A stretch of 64,000 nt of DNA from Octopus sinensis. Its lineage: Eukaryota. The stretch lies in the NCBI RefSeq assembly GCF_006345805.1, contig NC_042998.1:169818001-169882000 (forward strand). The letters are read 5' to 3'. Below the pieces are notes generated by a model. The model was given only the letters and a program-made list of their open reading frames with translations. It had not been told where the DNA came from and made no database searches. How positions within the stretch are numbered: the first letter of the stretch is position 1; every line of letters begins with the position of its first letter. The position numbers were made by a program, and so were the translations under genes. This document shows, one piece after another, positions 12,120-25,450 of this stretch.

Positions 12120-12540
12120 GGCACAAGCATGGCTGTGTGCTAAGAAGATTACTTCCCAACCACATTATTCTGGGTTCAGTCCCACCACGTAGCACTTTAA
12201 GTAAGTGTCTTTTGATATAGTCCAGGGCCGACCAAAGCTTTGAAAACTTGTGATTGGATTTGGTAGATGGAAACTGAAAGAAGTTCATTGTATGTGTGTA
12301 TGTTTCTTTGTCATGATAGTTGCAAATGGGGGTCACTGTCGTACAAATTGTGTCATTCATTTCCAATATTCTGTAAGAACATATCCGGCCATCATGAGGA
12401 AATATTACCTTCCTCGAAAACAAGATAAGAAGTTATGACCGGAAGGGCACCCAGCCATAGAAAAATCTGCCACAATAAACTGTCTGACCCACACAAGCAT
12501 GGAAAAATGAACATTAAATTGGGAATGATGATGATGATAA
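12120..12540 (+). mobile_element. SINE family A2 (family A head with alternative 3' half ending in (GAT)n); other copies 32950-33535+, 40253-40638+, 41850-42295-, 52106-52552+, 61540-62010-
   Basis: Family A head up to the (TG)n tract, then catttccaatattctgt...gaaatattacc...gaagggca...gaccca..caagcatggaaaa..ttaaa..gatgatgat. Confidence 0.8.
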
Positions 12541-12964
12541 AATACCAAAGTTACAGATATTATTCTCAATAGCACATGAAAAACGGAGATGAAAGCAAAG
12601 CATTTAATGGTTAAGGAAATGAGCATACAGTAAGCTTAATTAATCACTTATAATCAGTCATGGAAAACAGACATTAAATGATGATGATGATAAGTATAGT
12701 TGCATACTGGCCAAGTCAAAAATTATCCCTTGAATCCATGTTAAAGGGTCAGAAGGTATCTTTATTGTCAACATCGTTTTTATGTCAGATTTTCCTCGCT
12801 TAGTGTCCTTTGTTGGGTGAAACATTTTAAGGCAATATTCCTCAACTGGATGTGTTTCTTGATACCAACTTTTATTTGTTTTCAATCCAGGCTCATTATT
12901 TCACTGACCTTCACATGTTGAATCGCCAAGCTGCAGGATATTTTGTTTTTTTATGTGCGGAAAA

Positions 12965-13345
12965 ATGTGAACACACACGCACACACGCACAAATGCGCGA
13001 GTGCCCACATATACATGCACACAGAGGTGAGTACACTTACACAGAGGCAAGCATACACATACACACACACACGCACAGGTGTGCATGTATGTGCACACAT
13101 ACACAAGTGCATGCATGCACATACATCTGCACACAAATGAGTATATATGTGTACACATACACATACGAAGTTCATGCATACACATCCACAAACAAATGTG
13201 CATGTATGTGCACACACACACAGAGAGGTGAGCACATATACATACACATGTATATACAGTCAAGCACACAGACACACATGGAGACAAGCACACACACACA
13301 GACAGACAAGCACATGCAAACATACATACAAGCACACACACACAT
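12965..13345. repeat. Complex CA-rich low-complexity tract with repeated cagaggtgag/gtgcatgtatgtgcac submotifs
   Basis: Read directly. It explains the overlapping H/T and C/V-rich ORFs in the track. Confidence 0.85.
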
Positions 13346-15053
13346 GTGTGACTTCCATCTACTAAGTTTCTTACACAAAGCATAGCTCAGCCAAAGGCTA
13401 TAACAGAAGATACTTGCTCAAGACACAAAACCCAAAGCCACATGACTGCATAGCAAACTTTTTAACCACCCAGCTATGGGTATGTCTTCTTCATGGAAAG
13501 ACTATAAGAAAAGAAAAGACTGTGAATTATTCTTAGTCATTTTAGGTTTTTTCTAAACTGAAAGTGGAAGGAGTGCTGTTAACATTTATTTTGAAACTGA
13601 ATTCATTTTTATGAGTTTGTGCATGTGTACTTGTCTGAGACAGCTAATTAAATATACTAAGAATAGGGTAGATATCATGTATATAAAAATAATAAACACC
13701 AGAGTTATATGAAATTATAAAAAGAAAATGGAAAGGAATCAATATAGTTTGATTATTTTTACTCGGAAAGAAACAGCGCAAAGTACATTAATATTAAATT
13801 AAACGAACAATTATAAAAGAATGGACAGAGTCAACGACTATTGAAAAGGTTGCAAGACGCAATGAAAATTTTAGAAAAAAAATGAATAAGTAAATGAGTG
13901 GAAATTGAACAGGGGAGTGTGTTAAATAATAAGGCACTAAAAGAGAATGACTCTCCCCAGACACAATAAAATATACTTCAACACATGAATTCACAAAGAA
14001 TCTTGCAAACCAAATATATAAATGAAATTATAAGAGAGTTATATGGGAATAAATACTGACAATTAAATTAAGGCCTTGACTTGGAAAAAAAATGTTACAG
14101 ATTCAGATTAGTCAATGCTTCAAATGCCAAAACTAACCTTTGCTTATGGCTTAAATTTCATAAAGATTTTGTCAATGCAAAGCATCACTAGTTTTCACAG
14201 CTCTCACCCCTTGTTTGATAGATGCAGGAATAGTGCTGAATACTGTGTCCCTTTATGTGGATCCACTGAAGTTGTTAAAGTATCATATTTTCTGACATAC
14301 AAATTGATGTATAATATGATGTAAACTTGTAGTGTAAACATTCAAACATTGTCATTATCTTTCCAAATCCTGCTGCATTTCATTTGGAATTTTTGGTCTG
14401 CCAAAGTCATTTTGATGCACAAGTTGACCAACCTTTTTTGGCTGTAAATTTTGGTCAGAATAATTTGACTTGTATGCCAGAAAATACAGTATTTTTACTT
14501 TGTTCATAGATATGTGGGTATACTATGATGAGGTGTGATCAAAGAGTGTTAAGGGGAGTGGTTTGTGATGCAGTTGGGGAGAGGAGTTGTTGCAGTTAGT
14601 GTAGTGTTTTAAGTACACATATTAGTGTAGATTATTTGGAATGGAGAGGGAATTCAGTTGTGTTGCTATTATGTTATTAGAGTTGTTTTCATATGAAGGT
14701 GTGCTATGTACATTGATGGAATTTGGAAGTGTGTTAAGCCATAGATGGTCATGTGTAGCGTATTGGTGATAAGTATATGTTCATTCCAGTGCAATTTAAA
14801 AGTATTATTTGTGATATATATGCATTTGATGAAGGATTTTATGGTTTCTATGAAGCCTTCACCGTAATTTGGCTTCCCCCATCTCAACAAAGTGTAAATA
14901 TGCATTTGTGAGGTCTTGTATTGGGGGTCACAGCATTAATTGCTGTTGTCAGTTGCACAAATCTATGATCAAATAGCAGTTCAAGATGACTATCCCATCT
15001 TAAAGACAGTGTGTCTTGGACTACATTATCCAATATATATATCCTTCCTTTAA

Positions 15054-15260
15054 TCCTTTAGCATTCAGATTATTCTGTAAAATGTAATGTTGTTTTCAAT
15101 TAATCATGCTTTGTTTTGAATTCATCAAGATTCCAATGATGTGATTGTTTAGTTTTATAATGACATTGTAGGGAAGGTGTGAGAGGCCAGATCCAGCCAA
15201 TTTGAACATAAAACAGGTAGAATATTTTGGTCGGATACAGCCAGTTTAAATGCTAAAGGG
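15054..15260. mobile_element. piggyBac-type MITE with TTAA target duplication; second decayed copy 41286-41489
   Basis: TTAA|tcctttagcattca ... taaatgctaaaggg|TTAA, TIR about 14 bp. Internal sequence is colinear with the 41286 copy. Confidence 0.8.
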
Positions 15261-15597
15261 TTAAGATAAATAGAGTATAATTTAAGGAAAATATAGCTAC
15301 TATTTCTAGTAAGCACTGGGGTCAAGTGTATTGTCTAACTCCACCTCTCCAAATTTGTTGGCTTTGTGGTCAGGACGTTGCATTCATGATTGCAAGATTA
15401 TAGTTTAAATTTTCAGACTGGGTGATGTGTTGTGTTCTTGGGCAAAACACTTCATTTCACATTGTTCCTGTTCACTCAACTGCAAATGGACTGGTGGAAT
15501 GTTGGCCTGCCCACCAAGCTAGTGGGATAGCATCATTTGAAAGCTAAATCAATGCAGGGAAGCACATTTTGACCAATGATGTATGACAACATTCATA

Positions 15598-15985
15598 GGT
15601 GTAGGAGTGGCTGTGTAGTAAGTAGCTTGCTTACCAACCACATGGTTCCAGGTTCAGTCCCACTGTGTGGCACCTTGGGCAAGTGTCTTCTACTGTAGCT
15701 TCAGGCTGACCAAAGCCTTGTTAATGGATTTGGTAGAGGGAAACTGAAAGAAGCCTGACATATATATGTGTGTGTGTGTGTGTGAGTGTGTGTGTCTGTG
15801 TTTGTTCCCCCAACATCACTTGGTGTGTTTACATCCCCATATCTTAGCGGTTCGGCAAAAGAGACCGATAGAATAAGTACTAGGCTTACAAAGAATAAGT
15901 CCTGGGGTCGATTTGTTCGACTAAAGGCGGTGTTCCAGCATGGCCACTGTCAAATGACTGAAACAAGTAAAAGAGAGTTAAGAGA
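15598..15985 (+). mobile_element. SINE family A, near-intact copy
   Basis: A box tggctgtgtagtaag, B box ggttcagtccc, full 3' half. Confidence 0.9.
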
Positions 15986-16483
15986 GGCTGATTGATGCAG
16001 TGAGATACATATTGACCAGATTATTGGATGTTATACATGTTATATATACATGTTATACATCCACGGGTCACAATGCACTTTGTATCGTTTTTAGCCTTTG
16101 AATGATAATGCCACCCCACTGGCCAGGTGAACAGGCCAACATTCCCCCTGATCAAAAGACTATTCTGTTGCAGGTTTACCATTTACAGCTGAGTGGACTG
16201 GAGCAATGTGAAGCATTTTGCTCAAAAATACAATGTGCTGTCTGGTTTGGAAATTGAACCCATGATCTAGCAATTGTTAGTACAACACTCTTACATTAGG
16301 CCATGTACCTTCACACATACACATACCTATATGCTGTCACCATCAACAAGAAATGTCATCACCATTGACACAAGTTGTTGTTACTGTTGACACATATTGT
16401 CAAAATGTGTTATTGCTGCTGACACGATGCTATTGATAATATTGTCAGTGATATTTCATAACTAGGTTATTTTGTTGTTGTTG

Positions 16484-16497
16484 TAATAATAATAATG

Positions 16498-16559
<62 letters not shown>

Positions 16560-16569
16560 AATAATAATG

Positions 16570-16606
<37 letters not shown>

Positions 16607-16668
16607 TAATAATAATAATAATGATAATAATGATAATAATAATAATAATAATAATTAATAATAATAAT

Positions 16669-16705
<37 letters not shown>

Positions 16706-16737
16706 TAATAATAATAATAATTAATAATAATAATAAT
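16484..16737. repeat. (AAT)n microsatellite interrupted by GAT/TAAT variants
   Basis: Read directly. Source of the poly-Ile ORF. Confidence 0.97.
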
Positions 16738-17247
16738 GGTGATAGCTTGATCATTCTTGAATTAAAATATCATTCATGCATCAAATTACTTTAAGACATA
16801 AACACACCCTGATACAAATGATGTCACTTGTTTATATAATATCAGTGTTATATACTAAGATAACCTTCACTGTGTGGTACCTACTTACGGCTATATGCAC
16901 TGAGCCATCACATGCTAGGCACCCAGGCTCACAAATACTTTAGAGTCAATTCCATTTATACAGTGTCAGGAAAACGCAAGAAACTAAATAAAAAAGAAAA
17001 TAAGTGTATAAATTCTAATTTGTTAATTTATGTCAAGATAACATCAGAACCATTAAACTAGCTTTGTTAATTAGGTGTTACTTCCTAGGAGTGGAGAAAC
17101 AAGATAGGTTACTGTCATCAGATAGCAAAAGTTTCATGGTTGAAGTAAAATACTTCAGTGAACTTGGAGTTAATCAAATCTCCTCGCAGTCTTTAAGTTT
17201 CTTCTTATCATCATGGTCTCAAGGTGTGTGTACACATACACACATAC

Positions 17248-17285
<38 letters not shown>

Positions 17286-17327
17286 TTTTATTGGTTTCAG
17301 CCATGCAGCTGCAGTGATGTTGGAGCA

Positions 17328-17367
<40 letters not shown>

Positions 17368-17421
17368 TTGGCAACCTTTTTTCTCTGCCTTCCTTTTCTC
17401 TTGGACTTCCCTCTGTCTCTT

Positions 17422-17456
17422 GTTTCTGATGAAGAGCTTTGCTTGAAACGTAAAAC
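17422..17456 (+). ncRNA. Minimal type I hammerhead ribozyme motif within a PLE-type repeat (17365-17555)
   Basis: GUUU CUGAUGA A GAGC UUU GCUU GAAA CGUA AAAC. Intact core, stem I GUUU/AAAC, stem II GAGC/GCUU, palindromic ACGU stem III, GUA cleavage triplet. Confidence 0.72.
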
Positions 17457-18354
17457 TACTTTTCTTTACTTCCCTGAGTGTCTGCTAATACTTTGCATAT
17501 ACCATATCCTGTTGTTTTTTTCTTGTGTTTTTCCTCATTTTTGGGAGGATTAATTATGTGTATATATATATATACTTTGATAGGTTTCAGCCAGTATTGG
17601 CCCAGGCCATGTCTAACTTAATAGCACCACCTGGTCATTCAAATTAGGAATCAGACAACATGGCCCACTTGAGGCGAGAGTTATTGTTTATGGAGATATA
17701 TATATATACACACACATACACACAAATATTTATATACATATAGATACATATACACAAACATTTATATACATAATTATACACACATACAATATTATCATCA
17801 TCATCATTTAACGTCCGCTTTCCATGGTAGCATGGGTTGGACAATTTGACTGAGGTCTGGCAAACCAGATGGCTGCGCCAGGCTCCAATCTGACCTGGCA
17901 GAGTTTCTACAGCTGGATTATATATATTATATATATATATATATATAGAAAGTCAGTGAACAACATTGCAATGCATTCCTTCCTAATATAAGACAGCATA
18001 AAGCGATTTGAAAGATATTCAGGTGTTATTTATAATAGGCTGAATTACAATGTTTCTTTTTGTGAGTGTATGTATTAGTTACTTGAGGAAATTGTTTAGA
18101 AGGGATTTATCTATCTATCTATAATATATGTGTATATGTAAGGCCGTGAGCCACCACGTTAGACAAAATGCTTAGCAGCATTTCTTCCAACTTTTATGCT
18201 CTGAGTTCAAATAATGCTGAGGTTGACTTTGCCTGTCATCCTTTCAGGGTTGATAAAATAAATTCCAGTTGAGCATTAGGGTCAATGTAATCAACTTGCC
18301 CCCTCCACCGAAATTGCTGGCCTTGTGCCAAAATTTGAAACCAGTATATGTGAT

Positions 18355-18386
<32 letters not shown>

Positions 18387-19061
18387 ATATATGTAATATG
18401 TGTGTGAAGAGAGAGAAAGAGAGACAATATTTCCTTTCCTAATTTAAGATAGCCAGTGGGTGCTATTTCTGGCTGGTCGGTTGACCATACAAAGGCCTTT
18501 CCTGTTGGTTCCACTTCATTACAAACTCACACAAGAGGTGTGTGTTTGTACATTATTGCATTAAGGTGATTATATTTCCAATGTGATCTTTCTTAATTTA
18601 AGACAATAAGATGTGATTGGAGAGTGATTTGACTACTATTTCTAGCAATTAAATACTTTTCCCCTTGTTAGCTTGAAGTAAATTTGCTTGTTGTGTAGCC
18701 CCCAAATCAAACTGCATTCAAACAAATCTACGATTATAAGCGTTCCAGAGCTATATTATTCAATATAACCTTTATTTTAATATGGTAGAATGAGGTTTGA
18801 GAGAGATTTGACTGCTACTTTGAACAGATCAAACAATTATGTCTGCATATGAGCATCACATATTCAGTCTCTCTCTCTCTCTTTTACATTTTCTTTTTAT
18901 AGGCATGGCTGTGTGATTAGGAAGCTCACTTTGCAACCACATGATTTTAGGTTCAGTCCCATTGTGTGGAACCTTGAGCAAGTGCCTTCTACTATAGTCC
19001 CAGGTTGGCCAATGCTTTGTTTGGGAATTTGGTAGATGGAAACAGTGTGGAAGCCCATCAG

Positions 19062-19093
<32 letters not shown>

Positions 19094-19462
19094 ACACACA
19101 CATACACAATGACACATACATATATGTATGTGCCTCCCCCACTCCCCAATGCTTGATAACCAGTTTTAGTTTGTTTACCTCACTATAACTTTGTTGTTTT
19201 GGTGAAAGAGATTAATAAATTTAGTACCAGACTCAAAAAAAATCTCTAAAGAAATAAGTACAGGGGGTGATTTTGTTGACTAAACTTTTGAAGGTGGTGC
19301 TCTAGCATGACTGCACTCCAAAGCCCAAAACAAAATTAAAGATAAAAGATATGGTAGTTAAACTAAGGCAGGTGGAGAGAGGAGTTTATTACTTCAAGGT
19401 AGTTGTCGTTAAGAGTGATGTAAATGTTAACTAAACTAAGGAGAGTAAACATAAGAATTGTA

Positions 19463-20710
19463 TCAGGTCATCCCATAAGTTCTGTCCAATTTACCTTTTT
19501 TAAAATTGAATGAAATTTAATAGTGTTTTAGAATGTCTAATGAAATTAAAAATTATTTTTATGCATTTGTGTACATTTAAACTAAATAAATAATATTTTA
19601 CGGGATACTAGAATTAAAATTTCTTTGATTAAAACCATTTCTAACATGGAAGTATCTAAAGAGCATTTGAGGCACATAATGCTTTATGAGTACAAAAAAG
19701 GAAACTCAGTTTATGGGGAAGAATGCGTGAAAGAAAGAACTTGCAGAAGATGGTTTGCAAAATTCAGACGTGGAGATTTCAGCCTTGTAGATGAAGATCG
19801 AACAGGACGTCCAGTTGAGTTTGATGATAAGCTCCTTGAAGCATTACTTGAAGAAAATCCTGCATTATCAGTTGAAGAATTGGCAATCAAGCTTAGTTCA
19901 AACCATACAACTGTTTATCGTCATCTTCAACAACTTGGAAAGGTTCCTAAATTTGGAAAATGGGTGCATCATGAATTGTCCGAAAACAACCACAAATCCC
20001 GAGTTGACATCTGCTCTTCTCTCCATTCTTGTGAACTCATTTCACCCTTTTAGGATAGACTTGTGATGAAAAATGGATCTTCTATCGAAATGTTAAATGT
20101 CATAAACAGTGGCTAGGTAAAAGGGAAAAAGCTCAACCACAACCGAGAAGGGAACTTCATGGGAAAAAGGTTCTTCTCTCTATCTGGTCAGATTGCAAAG
20201 GAGTAATTCACTTTGAATTGTTACCACCTAATGCAACAATCAATGCTCAAGTCAACTGTCAGCAATTAGAGTGTTTGAACCAAGCTTTGAAGAAAAAAAG
20301 ACCCGCTTTAGTGAATCAAAATGGAGTGATGTTTCATCAGGACAATGCATAACCCCGCACTGCAAAGATCACATCACAGAAGATCGAAGAGCTTGGTTGG
20401 GAAAATATTCCTCATCCACTTTATTCTCCTGACCTTGCTCCTTAAGACTACCATTTGTTTCGTAGTTTACAGAATCATTTAGGGGACATAACTTTCGCAA
20501 GCCAGGAGGAGGTCGAAACAGACATTTCAGAATTCTTTGCTTTGAAACCAAAAGAGTTTTACATTGAGGGGATTAAAAAGCTTATAAATAGATGGAAGCA
20601 AGTCATAAATAATCAGGGAAAGTACATTGATGATTAAATTTCAATAAAATGACACTTGATCACTTGTTTTCTTTATTCAAAATTTGGACAGAACTTATGG
20701 GATGACCTAA
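19463..20710 (+). mobile_element. mariner transposon, both ends present but defective
   Basis: 27-bp TIR t(c/t)aggtcatcccataagttctgtccaa with 1 mismatch. TA duplication at 19461-19462 and 20711-20712. Length 1248 bp. Confidence 0.96.
19646..20637 (+). pseudogene. mariner transposase pseudogene (D,D34D)
   Basis: Motifs RRWFAKFRRGD, RTGRP, WVHHEL, DEKW, HQDNA and YSPDLAP*DYHLF, with 34 residues between the 2nd and 3rd Asp. Stop at 20051, frameshift near 20065, further stops at 20350 and 20443. An in-frame deletion is likely in the first HTH near 19705. Confidence 0.95.
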
Positions 20711-20898
20711 TATTTAATTACAACCCTATAAGTCTTGAATTCAAACTTCTTATTGTCAACTTTGCTTATCATCCTTTGAGAGGGAAAGGTTGATAAAATA
20801 ATTGACATAATCAACTTTTACAATTTGCAGGCCGGTGTCAATGTGAAAAAAATTGTTATTCTGTTAGAAAAAGTGGAGAACTGGTAGAATCGTTAACA

Positions 20899-21278
20899 GG
20901 TGCAGGCATGGCTGTGTGGTAAGTAGCTTGCTTCCCAACCACATGGTTCCGGGTTCAGTCCCACTATGTGGCACCTTGGGCAAGTGTCTTCTACTATAGC
21001 CTCGGACTGACCAACACCTTGTGAGTGGACTTGGTAGACGGAAACTGAAAGAAGCCTGCTGTATATATGTGTGCGCATGTGTGTGTTTGTCCCCCACCAT
21101 TGATGACAACTGGTGTTGGTGTGTTTACATCCCCATAACTTCAAGGTTCAGCAAAAGTGACTGATAGAATAAGTACTCGGCTTAAAAGAATAAGTCCTGG
21201 GGTTGATTTGTTCGACTAAAGGCGGTGCTCCGGCATGGCCACAGTCAAATGACTGCAACAAGTAAAAGAATAAAAGAA
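20899..21278 (+). mobile_element. SINE family A copy inserted into a family B SINE
   Basis: Left flank ctggtagaatcgtta and right flank tgctggacaaaatg are contiguous in uninterrupted family B copies. Confidence 0.85.
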
Positions 21279-22577
21279 TGCTGGACAAAATGTTTATTAG
21301 TGTTTTTTTCAGATTTCTATTCTGAGATCAAATTCCACTGAGTTCAATTTTACACGGCATCTTTTCAGGGTTGATAAAATAAGTACTAGCCCAGAGCTTA
21401 TAACAGAAGGAATTCAGTTAGGAAAGGTGGTGGGTTAGCAAAATTGTTAGCATGCTGGACAAAATACTTATCAGTGTTTCTTTCAGATTTCTGTTCCAAG
21501 TTGAAATTCCTCTGAGGTCAACTTAGCCTTGCATTTTTTCGGGGTTGACAAAATAAGTACCAGTCCAGCACTGAAGCTGATGTAATTGGCTAGCCTTGTG
21601 CTTATAATAGAAGGAATTAGTATTCAGTTACTAGAAACACTAATGTACTGCACTGAATTACTCAGTCCCCATCCTTCAGTATTTAGTCACATCCTCCAGT
21701 GATTTGAGTTCAAATTCCACCACTATAGATATTCTCCATCACTCTCAAGTAATGAGGTTTATTTTATCAACTATACTCTTTGCCAACACACAACAAATTA
21801 AGAGTTGTTAGAGCAAATTAAGAGTTGTTAATTTGTAGCCCAATTTAACTATCAGCTGATTATTTGGCCACATTTAGCAAATTCACTGTTGCAAGCATTC
21901 AGGGCAGGTTTCTGGTTTGAGGATAACTTTTTTTTTTCACCAGTCTGGGTGGCCCTTCCCTCCCAAGTTAAGCACTAAGAGGTGGATGTTAGGAAGAGCA
22001 TTCAGCTACAGAAACCATGCCAAAGTAGACAGTAGAGCTTGGTACAGTCCTTCTGACTTGCAGGCTCCATGTCTAACTGTCCAGCCCATGTCAACATGAA
22101 AAACGGATGTTAAATGATTATGATAATTTTTAATATAAACACAATATCATACATGTTGGGAGAGGGAACAATCAGATAATATTCAATACAGTATATGACT
22201 TGTATTTATAGTTATGACCCCCCCTCCTCCTTTCACCAGAATGATAAAAGGCAAAGTCCACCTTCATGAAGTTCAAATTCAGAAAGTAAAGGGAGCTCAC
22301 TAAATACAGGAAAGTATTTTGTTTGATGATTCTAGTGATTCTGTAAATTTTTAAGTGAAAGAAATCAAGCAAATAAGAAAGCTTTTATACCAGATTTCTC
22401 CCAAATCATACCCTAATGTCTTGAAAGGCAAAGAACACATTAGATAATGTAGTCTTTGATATACAATGTATAATCAAGACAAGATATGATAGGACACTCC
22501 AGCTCTGACTAAGTCAGCTGGATTAGGACTAAGTCTGTCCTAAACCCAAAGACTCATAAGGCCAGAGTTTAACCTGA

Positions 22578-23255
22578 TTCCCAAGTCTTTCTCATTCACA
22601 AAATGAGCCCCACTTAATTTTGATTACGATCAACCAATTATTTTATCTTGTAAATAAAAGAATCTGATGTTATTTGGCATTAACATTGGGAAATTTGGGT
22701 AATTTTAACCAATCAACAGACAGTGTAACATTAGCAGCTTATTACCATGACAACCGCATGCTGTGTTGTGGTTCACTGTTGTCTGTACCGCTGTTGTCTA
22801 TGTTGATTTTTCACACTTAATTTTTCACACCACGAGATTCTTTTCAACTGCATGTTTTGTTTTAATTTTTCTGTGTGTTAGTATATTACATATTTTTCTG
22901 TACTTCTGTGTGTTAGTATTTTTCTGTGCTTTCTGTCTGTGTGCTAGTATTTTTACATATTTTTAAAATTTCATATAGTTTTGGGATTCATTGTCTCAGA
23001 TGGTTGGATTTGTGATTTCACTAGGTTAATTCTGTTCATAAAAATTTTAATTAGGAGTATTTCTTAAACCATTAGCTTCACATTTCAACAGTTTAACTGA
23101 AATTTAGCCCACATAACAGGAACTGAGAGGGATATCATGGAACAGAGAAACTGTGGGTGATACAGATAATCTGACATTATTTTTGAATTCTGCATTCAAA
23201 AATGTATAAGATACAGGTATTCTTTTCCTTGGGACAAATTCTTTGATGACCAGTG
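22578..23255. mobile_element. Probable non-autonomous Chapaev3/CMC-like DNA transposon remnant
   Basis: The right end ...gaattctgcattcaaaaa...ttccttgggacaaa...ttgatgaccagtg|TTA fits the CAC...GTG termini and TWA target of Chapaev3 as I recall them. The left end is only partly visible (ttcccaag). Internal ttttctgtgtgttagtat repeats. Confidence 0.4.
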
Positions 23256-25450
23256 TTATTCTTATCGTAGTTTACAAATCCAAGCATGAAAACATTACTC
23301 ACTTTGGAGTTTTGGAGACAAATGCTCCCTTCATTCATTCACACACACATGAATGCATAAATGTACATATAAACTTATATATGAATACATACATCCACAT
23401 GCACTTATATATTAATGATGTACACAAATACATGACAGGTATACATAATACCAAAGTATGCATAAAGTAAGCACATGCAGACAAATATATTAATATAACA
23501 AGTTAAAAAAATAATAAAACCATACAGTCAATGAAGAGACAAAAGAAACAGTAAGATGATACATGTTGATTTTATTAGGTATTTCTGTTTATTTAGAAAC
23601 CTAGAGTGAACAGGTTAGACGCTAAATTTCACAGGGCACAACCTTCAAGTTGACACCACTCAGCTAAATGCAAAAAATTTCTGTCTTGCTATTGACTAAA
23701 AATATACAGTTTTTAAAAAAAAATTTTTATAACTCTGTAACTTTTTTCTCCACAACATCATACTTTCAAAGCAATGAGATGGGAAGGCTACATTATTATA
23801 GCCGATTTTCAGATTTTTTACTGTCTTTTAAAAAATGCATATTTTGCTAATGAGAAAAACTAGATCCTATGTAAGTAATCGGGATTGCAACATTCCCTCC
23901 TGAACAGGATGTTGGCCTATTGCAGGGTTAACTTCCCAGCTACCGTTGGAACTCATTTACACTTGAGTGGACTGGAGCATTGCTGAAGAACACAATGCAC
24001 CACAAGGTCCAGGAACAAAACCATAATTTTACACCCTAACCTCTAGGTCAAGTACCTTTGCCTGGATTAAGACAAACTTGAAGCTAAATAGCAAATGAAA
24101 GAAATAAAATATTCATTTCATAAGTTCAGCTTGAATCATTAACTTCAGTCATTACTTAAGAATGTGACAATCTTGCTTTACACATATCTCTGGCTGACAG
24201 TACTAGGAATGAGCCTCTAGCCAGTTTTATAGTTTCAGCCAGTTTTATAGTTTCTTCTTTGACTTCAAAATTCCAGGTTAGTGTCTGGCATAGTTGGTCT
24301 CAAGCCTGTTTTGAGATAAGAGGAATGGAGCATGAGGTTACTAACCTTGCTTTCAGTGCTCAGATTACAACAAAAACAAATTGTCCCATACTCCATGGGT
24401 AGCAAGAGGAACTAGACTAAGCTAATGCAGTTATATTCTTTTTCTTTAAATGAAATATTAACTGAAGTTGTGTGGAACAGTAGATAAAATAGACCTTAAG
24501 TTCACATAATGGTGGCTAAAGCATCACTATAAATGTCACTTTCTTGGCACAAGGATGAAGAGAAAAGAACTGTAAAACCATCCCTTAGTCCCTGTCATGT
24601 CATGCCCAACCCCTCACAAAACCTAAAAAAAAACTAAATGTAAGAATGATGAAGGCGTGGAAAGATGTGATTTCCTTAGATTTGTCTCTCAAGAGACTTG
24701 TTGACAATCAATTTAGCATTGTAGGATAGTAAAACTAACAACAAGTCTTCATTATAATTATCTTTTACAGAAGAAGATACAAGAGATAATAAATATATTT
24801 GTGGAAAGCACATCCCCTCCTCATACACACCTACAGATAGGGTAATGAAATTTTGGAGACTCTCTCTCACACACACACACACTGATAACATCTCAGACAT
24901 TCTGATGTACTGATTAAATCTATGAAACATTACATACAATTTTTCTGTTCAAACACATATGGTTTTATATCTAATTCACAACACACACACACAGAGATTG
25001 ACATATTCCAGAATATACATCCAAAGTTCCTATATATAAGAGAGATACACATTTCACATTCAAACACTAATGCCATATCGTACACAATAAAATAAACAAG
25101 AATAAACAAATATGAAGTTGAATAAATCCTTATTCTTATATTGGTTGGAACCACCTTGAATCTATCCACTCCCTTCTCCAATGCCCTGAAGAAGAGGAGG
25201 AGGTGAGTATGGTGTTGGTGTGAGTTTACAGACAAAGGTGACAGGGACAAGCACTCCCTCACACTGCATTGTTTGAGAATGAAATTGGATCTTATAACCA
25301 AGTGTAGGAGGTGGGGGGCATGAGAATTTGGTGAGAAAAATGGTAAAATAGAAAATGAAAGACTTATGAAAAGTTCATGAAAGGAAATAGATAACAACAA
25401 TATTAACAAAAAGACAAAGAACATTCCAGTCATTCAGAGAGCTGTAGATT

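Noticed and set aside
12852-13385. Long overlapping ORFs (up to 177 aa) on both strands
   Set aside because: Translation of CA/TG low-complexity repeat with no domain content.
14100-14910. Possible very old retroelement coding remnant
   Set aside because: Only vague motif similarity with many stops, so no family can be assigned.
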